Made by a program: the position numbers and the translations under genes. The notes below the pieces were generated by a model, which was given only the letters and a program-made list of their open reading frames with translations, did not search any database and was not told the origin of the DNA. From assembly GCA_905331295.1 (NCBI GenBank), contig CAJNYD010000013.1:62001-126000 (forward strand): a DNA stretch of 64,000 nt. Direction: 5' to 3'. Below are positions 1 through 14,263 of this stretch, in pieces; the first letter of the stretch is position 1; every line of letters starts with the position of its first letter. This DNA is from Rotaria socialis. Lineage: Eukaryota.

Positions 1-3000
1 CAACGATGATAAATCATCGAGTGTATTTATACATTCATTTAAACAATTCATACAACGTGCTATGAATGGTTCTTCACGATCAAGTGTACCATCTTCATTT
101 TGAATTTGATAACTATTTAATGTTTGTGCTGCTAATGTACTGACATTTTGATCTAGTGCACGCATAGCAACATCATTAACATAATTTAATATTAGAAATT
201 CAAATGTTTGAAAATCATTGTATTGTTGCGTTAAATTTGTCGTTGACGATGTTTGTTGTTGCTGTTGCTGTTGAAGAATATGTACCCAATTGGTACGACT
301 TTGCTGAAGAATTTCTTGAATTAGATTTAATTGTTGACCACATACATGTTCAGGTTTTTGAGTTAAAAGCTAAAACAAAATCGCATGCGATCAAAAAAAT
401 ATTTTTGTTCAGTAAAACGGGAGTAAGCTTATTTGGATTCGATTGATTCCATAGGATGAAAGGCGAGTGAGAGATTGACAACGAAACTTTAGCGATTCTA
501 GCAAAGATAGTTTATCGTAAATTTCGAATTAATTCTGGCCTCAGTGAAAGCAACTAGTTCACTATTTATTTTCAGTAGCGATTGTGGTTGTGATTAAAAT
601 TGTATTCTTAAAGTATTAAATACCTTTTCTGTGAGAAGATGTTTGAATGTTTCCAATGAAAGTGCATGTCCACCATCTCGATTTTTCAATTGACTTAATA
701 ACCAATTATAAAGTTCTTCACGATTTGTTCCTGTTGAGCCAGTGACAGCTGTTAAACAATCCCACAATCGATCAGCTTGACTTTGTGTTAGATCTATGTT
801 AAATAAAAGTCAATCCTTCACAAGATATCTCTTTTGTTTTTGTTCAATTCACTTACTGAAGTCTTTTGGTGATGCAGATATTGAAAAAATAAATGATAAA
901 AATTGAAAACGTACTGTTATTTCATTATGTATAGATATTAATGATGTATTTGCTTGTAAACGTTTTGTTAATTGTTCTAGATCGTTGAAAAATGCATTTA
1001 ATACATGATATTTCTCTTCGAATAATAGGAATATGTGTGTATTAGCACGTTGTTGATGTTGTTGAAATATTAAAAATAATTTTGGTAACAAACGTAATGA
1101 GATTAAACTTGATGTAGACTTTTTTAAATTATCTAAGCATGCTTGAATAAAATGTAATAATATACGTTTATCTTCAATTGAACTAAGTACATGACTAAAT
1201 AAACGTTCAGTTTCATTAAGTAAACTATCAGGTAGATGTGTTAAATTAATTATTGTTTGATCTTGCAATAAATCCCACAGGAGTGTTTGACCAGGTAAAG
1301 ATAAATTCGAAATATTTATTTCATCATCATCAATATTACCACCGGTACTCGAACCATTCGTTGATTCTGTTGACGATGACGCTGATGAAGACGACGATGT
1401 ATGATGGCCGAGATTGGTTTCAGTGTCTTGTCGTTTTCGTGTTTGTTGATCAGTTGGAGTGGACGATGCTATATCAGATAATTGATGATTGATTCGAATG
1501 CGACGTGCCGATGTTGTTTGTTGTTCCGATTCGCTCATGTCTTCGAAATCAGCCATATTTTTCGCTGAACCTGTTCCACTGAGTACATCGGAAACCGATG
1601 AACCAAAGTCACCTTCTTCTTCTTCTTCTTCTTCTTCGTCATCTTCATCGTCATCATCACCATCGTCGATATTAGGGCGAGGACTGAAAATTTCAAAGAA
1701 CAATTTTGAACGATTCCAAAACAAGTGATTATTTAATGAAAACGTGACATTTGTTTTTAGACTAAAACTTAATGACTAGTTCTTTTTCTGCTTACCGTTT
1801 TTTCTTTGGTCCTATCGACTCTCTACAATCATAGATTTCGGTTTCCATTTCCGATGGTAATGATCCAGCTTGAGATGCATCTTCAGCACTTTCAGGTGAG
1901 CCAACCTTTAATAAACGAAAAAAATCTATGAAATCAAAAGAAATACTTTTTGTTGAATTTCTACTTTTTGTTGATATTTTTTTCTCGTTGAATTTATTTC
2001 ATGATCTGTATTGTTTTCTTCGTCGTCCTGTTGTTGGCGAGCTTCTTTTGCAAGCTGTTGCTGCTGCTGCTGCTGCTGTTTAGCTTTTCGATTGATCTGT
2101 TGTTTTAATGATGATTGTACAACAGTTGGTAAAACCATTCCGCGAAGATCTTCTTCAAATATCTCATTTTGATCATCTTCGTCATCGTCAATATCCATTT
2201 GATCATCAGGAAGAACAAGTGTTTTTGAATTATTTATTATAAAACCTGAACCTGATGTTGGACGTTTCGTCGGTGTTGATAAGTCTTCGGGTTTATACAT
2301 CTTTAGGAAGATGAAAAATTTTAGTTAACAATCCAGTTTTTTTATTTACCTGACTTAAATTTGGATTCATATTATTCATTGCTTCATCATCATCAGACTC
2401 TTCTTGATTAGCAGGTGTACCACGTTGAAATCGTTCACGATGTTGCTGAAAAGAAAGTTTCCTATTTTTAGTTTTTCGATTCATAATCAAACCGTTTTTT
2501 TTTACCATCAATACTTCTCGAGATATTAGATGTGTTTCAGTTTCCGATTCATCATCATCTTCTTCATCGTTACTTGATGTTGGTTCAACTGTATGATGAA
2601 AATCGAAAAAGATTAGAATTTTTTTATTTCTACACTTTAATGATCAAACCTGTTCGATTGAATGGTATTGTTCGTCGTACAGCTGCACTTGCATTACGCA
2701 ATTGTTCATCATTATTTTCATCTTCATCTTCGTCATCTTCATCATCAGTCCATTCGTCAACAGTATTCGCATTGTTAGGATCATCTGTCTTTTTCTCTGG
2801 ACGTAGAACATATCCAGATGATGGATTTGATTTAAGAATGTTTTGCGATGGAAATTCTTTACATTTATTTGCCATCAATTTTAGAACATTTTGTTCAGTC
2901 AATGTTGGTTGTTGAGGTGAACCAACAATGATAACTTCTTCAGCTGAATCCTCATCAACCGATCCTACTTTGACGGGTTGTTGTTGCTGTTGTAATGGTT

Positions 3001-6000
3001 GTTTTTTAACAGCAATTGAACGTGGCATTGAAGGAGGAGATGAAGGCGATGTTTGACGAATTAAATGAGGTGTGTTTTTATGTTGTACTCGAGCTAAAAT
3101 TAACAAAACAAAAAATATTCATTGATTAAAACAATTATTAGATTTAGGAAGAGAACATCCGAATCGATGCTGAACCATAGTTTTAGTCACTCTCTCATGT
3201 TCGACTATTTATTATAGGATTAAGTAAATGTAGTTGAAAGTCTAACGAGCCATAAAATATTTCTTTACCGAGAGAATTCTGTCATACTTGTATGAGGCAA
3301 ATACCATTTTTTTCTAATTAGTCAGTATCTCTATAAGTTTTGATAAATTAAGTTCATATGAAAAAAAAAACAACGGCGTTTTTGAAATTTTTCATAAGCC
3401 TTGATGTCAACATTATTTATCACAGGCATTCTATCTAAAAAAAAATATTATCCTAGTATTAATCAGTCTTTGGTCTGCCTTCACGAGTGCAATTTATTCT
3501 TACTGAGCATCCTAAGTATGCCACCGTTTTTCGAGGTTTCAATTTGATTCAACGATCTATTGAAAAACGCCTTACAATGAATAGATATTAGAGCTTGTCA
3601 GTATCTGTAGAAAAACAAAAAATCGTCATTTCAAACCTCTATGCCGAATCATTACGACATTTTTTGTTCTATCAATTCTTTTCAACGGTGATATTTGTTG
3701 TCGTTTTAAAGTTTTTTGTTTTCTTAAAATATTTTGCATATTTAAAGAATTTCTTTGATGAAATTTTTGTTTCATAGTTAATTCTTGTTGTTTTTTATTT
3801 TGCATAATTGTATTCGATGAACGTATCAATTGACTCCAATATGATTTTGTTAATATACTTATTAATGTTAATGTTGATTCTGTATATTGAGATCGATCAC
3901 TTCGACCAATTAATTGTAATAAATGATTAAGTAAATGTATATTTAAATTTTTTTGTCCTAAATTCATTAATAAATCTAATATATGTCGACTACAATGTGT
4001 TAATGATACACAAGACCATATTAAATCAATATGTTCAACAGTAAGACGATTATTTGATGCTAGAAATATTAATATTGTTAGACATTGTTTAAGTAATTCC
4101 GTATGAAGATTTGGTCCAAATAAATAATCAATAATTTTATTCTCAATAATCCAATTGGCTAATTTGCGTTCATGATGATTATGTGACGAATACTCATCGT
4201 TATCGTCAGTTGAACTAGCTGATGATGATGTGACATCGTTCGTAATTTTTTGTGATGTTTCATCTTCACCATCAGATTCGCTAACAGTAAAAATTTCCTG
4301 TGTTGTATTCGCATGAGAACAACACGATGCAGCAGCAGCAGCAGCGGCTGCAGCAGCCATCGATTGATGACGACGATATTGTGTATAATCTAGACATTGT
4401 TGAATTTGATTTGTTATATGCGATAAACCGGTTAAACGTATTGTTAATGTTGAACATGTTAAATATTTTAAGGCCAATGTTAACATTAAACGATCGAAAT
4501 GATAACGTTGAAATTGTATTGTATGATGATGCTTTGGATTATATGGCGATAGGCCGCTGGTTGATGATGTTGAACGTTGTCGAAATGTTGTTGTTAAAAA
4601 TAAATCTTTTAATGACGCATATAGTAAGTCATTCGTATTCTTTTGTCCACATAAACGTAATTCATTATCAGACAATAAACACATATAACGTATTGCATGT
4701 GGCCGAATTGGTAGAAGAAAATTCTTTATTATGTCTAAATAGATAGAGAAATTTAATTGACGAAACGTACATTTTAGAAGTATTTAAGACTGATCTCGAT
4801 GGGTATCCTAGTTATTTTTATATCATCGAATTTATATGGAAATGGCACGTTCACCGAAAAATCTACAGAACTATTCTGCACATACTGACGCAAAAGAATG
4901 CGTGTCGGAAAGTTCCGCTCATCTCTGTTGTTCACAAATTTGATGAATAGAGTGAAATTTTTAACATATATTTCCGTTTGTCATAGTTACCTATATTTAG
5001 ATGATGCCGTAAATTAGTTAAAATAACAAATAATGCATGAGCGATTGATAATGGTAACATTCGAGTATTTTTCGCTGATTCGAATACTTGCCGTATAACA
5101 ATCAAACCACGATTCTCACAAAATGAACATATTTGTCTATATAAATAAAGTGATACATGATGAGAATCATTATTTCCGTTAGCATGATTTGATGATAAAT
5201 TTAAATGACAATATGATGAGAGAAATGTTTTAAAATCAGCTGATGCATGTTGCATTTGATAATAGGCAACATGATGTGCCAATGATGGATTGCGATGTGC
5301 AGCTGAATATATAGGTAGATTAAGTGTAAAACAACGAGCGACACATAATAATAGACGTTCTTTTTCTTCTAATGTCCATTGGCGATATTGGCGTTGTTGC
5401 TCTTGATCTGTTGTTGTTAAGATACTGCATATTTGTGTCAATGAATCTGATTCATTTAATTGATTTGAAATGTCTTCATCGGGTAAACTCTCCGCGATTG
5501 TAAATGTTTGTAATAAATTTATTACATAGAGTAATAACCATTCAACTAGAGACGAAAAACGTTCTATGGTTGTGGCATCACGACATAAACATGCACACCG
5601 ACTAAAATAGATGAAAAATTCAATAGATTCCTATCGGCAAATATTTGAATAATCAAGACTTGAATCAACAGCGGTTTTTAGTAAATTTCTACAATACTTT
5701 ATTTGTGGAAAACTCGGCTATTTCTTATTTTGATAAGATTCAAATCTAATCATGAGCCGCTGTTACACCCAGTCAATTATTTGTAGTTTCCGTTATTGAT
5801 ACTATAAATAGTTAAAAATACTACGCATCTCGATTTTATTTGATAAGATTGAATTTTCGATTTGTGTAATAATTGTGTAACATGAGTAAGCTGAATTCTA
5901 TCAGTTTCTCAAAATAAACTATAGGATTTATGAAAGACATTCAAGTTACGCAAATAACTCGATCTAGAATACTACATCATGTTGCATAGCTAGTAGGAAA

Positions 6001-6671
6001 AAAATAAAGAATAGCGTATTCTATAAGGAACTTCTATACGAGTGTTTCTTTTCTAATCACACAATCGATTTCGAATTTTGATCATATTTCTTTACTTGCA
6101 ACTATTATCGACCATATGTATCCGTAAAATGCGTACGTCAATATTACACGAACTTTATCCTCCCTTTCATCGGATCTCTCAGCTCACATACTAATTACTA
6201 GGTACATCCTTTTGTGAATGAACGCCGGTATATCGGAATGTCAAAGAGAACAATTCCAATAGAGCATTTAGCATCACGATGCAGACATAATAATTGCTGG
6301 ATTGTGAGAAATGTTCGCCTTCAAAGTACTGATTGGACAACTTTGACGGACGGCACACTGTAAGTACGCAAGAAATTTTAGAAGGTAATTTATTCTAATC
6401 GTTAAATTTCTATGGGTTCTCTATCTCATGGAATAAGCTGAATTGTATTATTTCTTCGTTTCAAGATAAGATAAACTTACGTTTGAGGCCAATTACTAAC
6501 ATATGAAACAAATGTGCATATGTCATCTTTTTGAAGATCTATTGCTTCAATTAATTCTAATGAGGCATCTAAATACGAAACATTTATTATTTGAATAGGC
6601 AACTAAAATATTTCTTTACATTTCTCCAATATTGGTAGTAATGTACTGCAGAGAGCACATGGTGGTTGCAT
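1..6671 (-). CDS. USP34: Ubiquitin C-terminal hydrolase 34-like, multi-exon; N-terminal part only, gene runs off the left edge
   Basis: Spliced N-terminus MQPPCALCSTLLPILEK...FVSYVSNWPQ/RCACFCRD resembles the USP34 start. Internal motifs WTLEEKERLLLCVARCFTLNLPIY, HTELLKQCLTILIFLA..LTVEHIDLIW and LPGQTLLWDLLQD. ORFs 4932-5441, 3626-4684, 2630-3106, 1926-2300 and 849-1724 are exons. Catalytic domain is not in the window. Confidence 0.85.
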
Positions 6672-7173
6672 TGATATCTATCTGTAAAATAATATAAACA
6701 TACATATGTGAGGGCAATATTCTAAAACTGAAAGATTCAAAATTTCAACATTAGCCCATTTGGAATACACTCCTGTCATGTTCTATTCAATTATATGACT
6801 CAGTACTGTCGAGAATTTTCGAAAGCAACTCTTCCGCTTAATAATAGAAATAAAAATACTTTGATTTTCTTGAATTTGTCTTCAAGTTGACAGCATTTGT
6901 TTGTCGAATAGACAAAGAAACTCAAAATTGAACAACGTTATCTAGGAAAAAGGTAAAGTATATACGAAGAATAGATATTGTTCATTTGTTAATTCTGAAC
7001 CATTCAGATTTTAACGTTAATGAGGGGCAATTACATTTAGAAAATAAATCTATTCATTTCTATCGAACTATAATTTAACTAATTTTCTTCTATTTTCTCC
7101 GTTTTCTTAAATAGAATATATTGCGATGCATACAAAATGAATACAATTAGCGACATCTATAAGCGCGACTTGA

Positions 7174-10100
7174 ATGAGGATTTTTAATTTGAATCAGAAA
7201 AGATCCTTTTCAAATCAAATGATGATTAGAACACTTTTGTCATCACGTTCATTTCAATCAAGAATGAATGATGAAACTTTTAGTGATGATCTAACAACAT
7301 TAAATCAAAATTCGTCCTCATCCATTTTATATCGTACATTGAATGTTCACTGTGTTAGTCAAGAATATATAATTCGAAGTAAATTGTCTTGCTTGACAAT
7401 ATTTTTGCAAAAAATCTCAAATTTCCGTTTTTTAATTAAGAAGAAAATTCTTCACAAGTTACTACAACAGAATCGGTTGAACATGGACAATTAACGTCCG
7501 AAAATACAAAAACAGAAGATGAGACTACTGAATCATTACAAAATCTTTTGAATTTAACACCAAGAAATATTAGCATGATTGAATTAATAACAACAGAACA
7601 GCGATTTGTACATGATATGAAAAATATTTTAAAAGTAATCTATATGTGCAGCCTATTATTATTATCTATCCAGTGTTTTAGTCAGATGTCCTCTGCTTAG
7701 GCAAAGTGATGAGAGCTAACTGTGCATGGGTTTTTCAATTTGGATCTATTGCGTAGCAATGAACGTACTGGACCGGATAAAAGAAGATGATTCAAAATAA
7801 AAACAACATTATCTGAGTTCTTCTGTAGTGTTTCGCAGATTTTTGAATTTTCCATCTTAAATTTTGAGATTGGTGTATTGAAATGTCTAAAATGTAAAAA
7901 CTCTGGAAAAGTTCTTGAATATTGTTCATACGAGGAATTATGTATGTGTAAGTCTAACTTGTCAAGTCACCTTGTATAGAATCAATCTCAAGATATCAGG
8001 TGTTTTGAGTTTGAAGAGTTTCTTAGTTGATCAAGAAAAGAATACATACTTTGATAAAATTGATTTACGAGACAATGTAGTTCTTATCTGACAGTACTAG
8101 ACAGAAACATCACTAATTTATATGTCGTATTGCATCTTACTTGTTAATATCTACAAGAGGAGAAACATCTGTTCGAGCCTTGAGCTTTCATCCGCAGTCG
8201 TTTTAAGCAATATAAACATGTCTATTGATTTATTTTTAGACATATATAAAACCAATGTCAGAAACCAATATTCTATCATCATCTCATATAGATGCACTTT
8301 TTCTTAATTGGCCAAGTTTAACGCGTACTCATGAAAAACTTGCCAAGTAAGACTAATCATCATTATTTACTCTTCCAACTTTCCAATCTTTTTTTTGCAT
8401 AGTAAACTAATCAATGCTCTCAAAAACGATGGAGAAGATATGTCAATTGGAAAAATTTTATGTGAATTCGTAAGTAAAATCAAACGTGAAAATTTCGATG
8501 GTAACAAAAGTTTTTAATAACATCTAAATATAAAATAGAAACTATTGTTCTATTAAATTGCTGATTAGCAACAGACGCTACACTATGTTGTTACTCTCCA
8601 TCCCTCGGGCCATGCACTACAATATTTCTTTCTCTCCTAGATTCCTCAATTGGTTACCGAATACGAAATATATTTTCGTTTCCATCCAACAGCTATGAAA
8701 TGTTTTCGTGAACACTTAAAAATTTCTTCGAAATTTCGCGCTTTTATGCAGGTCAGATAATCTTCTACTATTCTTCATCATCGATCTAAATTTTGTTTTT
8801 ATTAGAAAACAAAACAAGAAAGCTATGGAATAGGTACTATGGGTGATGCCAATATTTTAACATTACCATTGCAACGTATCGCTAAATATCCGTTTATGAT
8901 CTATCAAGTATTTCTAAATAAAGCTAATGAAATCATTGCATCAATAGTTTTTATTTTAATAGATTTTAAAAAATACAGCAAATAATCATCATGATTATAT
9001 TGAATTACATAATTCATTAAAAGAAGCTAATGAATTACGTGAAACAATAAATAATGCTATTGACGAGGAGATCAATAGGGCGAAATTTGAATGGCTACAA
9101 AAACATGTTGACTGTACAAAAATTAATGAAGTAGAAAGAAAGAATTTTTGGTGTTAAAATAATTTGCTTTTTTTTAGACAATTATATTCAATTCATTAAC
9201 AAACTTTGGTGAACAAAGAAAATTATTACATTATAGTCATATACGAATGGTATAGACTTTCTTTTACTGGACATGTTTATGAGTTTTCATTTTATAGACG
9301 AAATCAACTAATCATCTTCTATATGCAATGTTATTTAATGATTTTTTACTTTTAACTCGTATAAAACGACCATTAATAACAAAAGTTCTTCAAATTATTA
9401 ATCAAACACGATATAATTATCGACAGCATCAATATATTTACAAGCCATCCATGGCGCAAACAAATAAGGATTGGTTTGATTCACCTGAAGCTAATCATTT
9501 GTATTTAGTTGTTCATAAAAAAGTAAGTTTTTGTCTTTTGCCTTCCACAAAAGAAAATTTTAAAAAAAATTCAATTTAGCCTATCATGTTACATGATATA
9601 CGAAACGTAAGAATAACTGAAAATGATCCGTTAGCTTTTCAATTTGATTATCATGGATGTCAAATGATTTTCGTGACGCATGATATTAATGAAAGGTAAA
9701 TAAGATTTTAATCGATTTCTATTTTTATTTATTTTCTTTAGACTTTTATGGATAAAAAATATAAATGATGCAGTTCATGTTTGCCGTCAAAAACGTTTAG
9801 TTACTTCAATGCTTCGTGCACCGGAATCAAGTACACATAATTGTTTGATTTAGATGTGTTAAATTGAAATACTTTTAGATTTGAATTCAGTTGTTTGTCA
9901 ACCAATTGGAAAGATATTTATTCGAGAAATCAATGCCATGAATTTACCATTAATTTCATTAGAAAAAAATGGTTAGTTATTGTTATGCATATATTGGGTA
10001 CTAGTCATGAAAAATTTATGAATTATGTATGGCGTATGGGATTATCTGATTGCTTCTTGGATTTTGACAATTTTAGAAATGATGTTTTCTAAAGGGATTC

Positions 10101-11841
10101 GCTACTTATTAATGTATATATATATGAACTCAGAGAGTTCATTGCTATCTGAGAAGCAATTTGAGAATGTCTCGTGCATTATGAAAAGAAAATTTAAGGT
10201 ACATTTTTAGGCGGAGCACTTGCAACGGATTAAAATATTTAGCAAGATTGAAGTGGAAAAAATTTGAGGGATGTTCAGAGAAAACTTCCTGTACGGATTT
10301 AATAGTTTTCAAATAGATTCTCTTAAACAAATTAGCAAAGATTTCATTATCTCACAATACATATGACTCACAAAAGTTTCCCAATATGGTATTTAATAGC
10401 CGATAGAAATGAGTTGTTGTCAATTCAGAATTGTTGATAGACAGTTAGGCGTTTCCGAACTCAAAATGCGGAGAATTTTTGTTTTGATGATTCACGTATC
10501 TACGTTAGGCAAAGAAATATCTTTTGCCAATTTTTAGGATTTATCTCGTACGAAAATCATTGAAATCTTTGATTTGTAACTATTTGGGACATAAAACCAA
10601 ATCTATCAATAGGGTGAAGTCCGTACTGATATCAAATTTATCATTCGATTGTATCTCATCAATGGTGCGGTACTGTGAAGCCACTTATACCATACCACTA
10701 CAACATCTTGATTAAAAGAAAACTTTTCCGGAACTGCTTTCTTAGAAATACTACATGACTTAATTCAAGACTTCAAGGAGAGACTCTCTCTCTCTCTCTT
10801 TAAAGTTCTATTGGCGGGTCAGGGTCAAAATCATTCAAATAATCTGCCAAGACTCCTGTAATCTTCAATAATGATGAAATTTGTATCCGACATCTTTGTT
10901 TGAAGTGTCACTTCATATGTTTAGAAGAAGTGCCTGACGTCTAATTTTTCACAGATGGTATCATTATTAAGTCAGCGTGTTCTTGTTCGGAGAAAAGTTT
11001 TGGAAGATTGCTTTCATGGCCTAATTCAGCATAAATATTCAGTCATCAAAAAAAACCAGGAAGTCTTCATTTTTTTCCCTGCACTAATTATATTCTTGTA
11101 ATCACGTATGTCAAGGTTTACTTCAAGATCGAGTTGGTTTCTTTTATAAATTTAGCTTCCTTACTTTTATAGATAACAATACTCCAGTAAAACGCAAAAG
11201 AAAACAGCACGTCAAACTGTAGTGCCCTATGAAACATCACAAAAAGTTGTGATATATATATAAGTAAAAATGATGAGAAAAAAGAATACTAATTAACAGA
11301 TAAAGTATTAGTCGACTTAATCTGTTGAAGAGCTGAAAATTTTAATAGTAGCCTCATTTCACGATCTGAATACCTCTGAGTCTAGATTAAAAAAAAACTC
11401 CTGACATATTTAGGTCATAATCCGTATTGTATAATCGAAATGAATAATCATCAACGCCAGACAACGCCTGTTCTTTGTGATACAGCAAAATTACAATGGA
11501 ATATTTTATTTCGATTTTTAATTTGTAATATAAATAATGATGTTATAAAATGTTCGATCTACAATCGGTCGAAATATACAAACGATCGTAAGAGATAAAT
11601 TAACTTGACGATTGTTTAATAATCATTTATTTAAGGTCTTCTCGGTTCCATTGAAATTCCTATTCGATTTTTAGTTAAACGAGGAGTACGATACGAAGAT
11701 GCATCATCGATTTATTCATTAAAAACAAATCATTCCATGGAAATTTCATCTTTAAATTGTAAAACGCGTACATTTTATCTTGAAAATTCATCGAAAAATT
11801 CACAAATATGTATTAAATACATTGTTTATCTAAGTGAATAA
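7174..11841 (+). CDS. RhoGEF with DH-PH-C2 architecture (intersectin C-terminus-like), multi-exon; start uncertain
   Basis: DH motifs ELITTEQRFVHDMKNILK (~7580-7634) and ILTLPLQRIAKYPFMIYQ (~8850-8907). IIFNSLTNFGEQRKLLHY marks the PH start. C2-like NPYCIIEMNNHQRQTTPVLCDTAKLQWN (~11420-11500). Stop TAA at 11839-11841. Confidence 0.8.
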
Positions 11842-13295
11842 TGCCTTTTGTTCTATCTGTTCATTGTTGTGCTCGTTCGAAACATTGTCTTATTATTCTT
11901 TTGTTTTGCTATTGATAATTTTTGTTTAGCTATGTTTTATTTCCTTATCATTTCATCGTTGTGCCTGGTTATTCTCTTTGTTTTTTTTTAACTTCTAGTT
12001 AGTGCAATTGTGTTCGCATAAGCAAAACGTTAATGAAAATCAAATTGTTTGACTTTTTTGTTTTGTTGATCTATATCCATATGTGCGCTTGATTTATTGT
12101 TATTATATTTCAACATTTATTTGTAAAAATAAATATTTGTATACGATTCTTATGAATCGTTTATAATAATAAAAACAAAAGTCCTGGAAGCAAATCTACG
12201 CACCCTCTCACAAAGTTTATTTTTAAATACTAAATGATTATCTTTCTGAAAAGTGCACCATATGTTTTAGAATTGATCATCTAGACTTAGCGAAGAAAAC
12301 CGTGCCATTCAAATTCGAAAGGAAAACCGTGTGGGTATGAACGCATGAAAGCAAGCAAACTCTTGACCTATGCTATACGTATATCTAACGACAATCACGA
12401 TATATTTATAATAAATAGATTAGCGAAAGAAGAAGCGCACATCATGTTGAAGATGAACAATCTATCTTGTCAGTACGAGCACTTCAGCATAATAGAGTTA
12501 ATGAATGGGCTTGAAATTTTCACGTCAAATTCTTTTTCACTAGCTTGGTTAGATCAATTATATAAATGTCTTGTCAGAATGTATTATGTAAGATATTCAA
12601 AGGTTATACGATTTCGATTTAGGTTTTTTGGAAAAAAAATACAAATAGCAGACGATATAGTTTATTATACACTAATAAATTCACTATTGTGTGATGCATA
12701 TGGGTTGAATAAAAACTTTTATAATTCCATACAATAGCCTATTCATTGAATACGATAATTTATTAATAAATACATGAATAAACATTTCTTCTTTGTTTGC
12801 CAAATGGCCCAAAAAGCAAAAAGATTTTTTCAAGGCAAATTGCCGTTTTTATCTCATGGTATACGAGCACCTTGAAATCATGTGATGGAATAGTGTCTTT
12901 AGATTTTTATTTTATGAAATCAATGACAAACATCAAATATGTTTTTGATGCCAAAAATTATCAATGATAATCATTATATAATTGTGATAAAATATTCTTG
13001 ATGAGCATACATGTATATCAATAGATTATGAAAGAACTTGAAAATCAGCATTACTTCTATTATTGTTTAAAAAACATTATCTCAAGGTCTTTTGAAATAA
13101 CTGGAAATAGACAAATAAATTTTCAGCATCTTTTCCATCTAATTTCGAGCCATTGTTAATGAAAGCAAAATCGAGAGTTCTTCTGTTATACCTAAAGAAT
13201 TTTATTCAAGTCGGAAATCTCAATAGACCTTTTCATATATTGTCCCCTTTCGCAACACGCAATGAATAGATGTTTTTTTGGCATGCATTTAATGT

Positions 13296-13800
13296 AATAT
13301 CTAAAAATATAGCAATTCATATCTAAATTATATCAATATTGCCTAACTTAATACAGTAGTATCTATTCTGGTGAAAGGATGCCTTTAAAAAAATTGTTTA
13401 ATCTAATTTTGTAATTCAACATCTTTTAAATCCATTAAATATCTGAATGAAAAAATGTTCTGTCTTTTAATTCAATATATTATCGCTTTTAACAAATGAC
13501 TACCAATGAATTTATCGGCCTGTTTAATTAATTTGAACGTAATCTATAATTGATAAGTATTTATCAATTAATTGAAACAGTGTATATGAGCTGGGAATCA
13601 CGATAAGTGATAAGAAAAAAGTTATTTTAAAAAATATCTTGGGTGGGGTGTGGGTGCGAAGAGAGATAAGAACATCCACACCCCTAGTGTTACTTAATAA
13701 ATTAGATATAAATAAATTTTAAAATTAGATATAAATTCATCGTGTACTAGATATGAATTTATTTTAAAATTAGATATAGATTGCTATATTTTTAGATATT
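13296..13800. mobile_element. Degenerate MITE-like element
   Basis: AATATCTAAAAATATAGCAAT at 13296 is the reverse complement of ATTGCTATATTTTTAGATATT ending at 13800. Repeated (A)TTAGATAT units lie subterminally. No clear TSD. Confidence 0.4.
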
Positions 13801-14263
13801 GGTTTATATTTACCCCTCTTTTTTTCTTCTTAACTATAGAATTATTCTTGTGAATAGATGAATTTTTTTCCTAATTAAAAACAAGTCAATCAACTTCAAT
13901 CATAAGAATGAAACTGTCGCTTATCAGTATATTCTTCGCTATTAATTAGATCGTTTTCATTTCATCGAGAATAATTCTATCGGCCACAGGGACTCTTCAG
14001 TTAAGCATAATTTGACAATTTCTCTAAGTCGTTAATAGTAGTATACCGTACGATCTTCTTCTCATAAAATATGAAAGGAAATGAACGACAATACAAGTTC
14101 CATCAACGCTATAGTAGTAACTTTAAATAGCCATAAAAATGAATCATAGACGTAATGGTTACATTAAAGAATAAAGAATACTTTTCTTTCTTTTTGCTTC
14201 AGATTTATTTTAAAATACATAAGTTTGAATCATATATACAGTTCTATTAAGTTCGTTTTGCTT

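Noticed and set aside
204..4746. Plus-strand ORFs (204-446, 1253-1728, 2532-2915, 4300-4746)
   Set aside because: Antisense shadows of low-complexity USP34 exons
5655..5775. Short inverted repeat (AACAGCGG / CCGCTGTT) in a USP34 intron
   Set aside because: Too short and degenerate to call an element
12345..12737. 130-aa intergenic ORF
   Set aside because: No recognisable motif or splice context, and compatible with chance in AT-rich DNA
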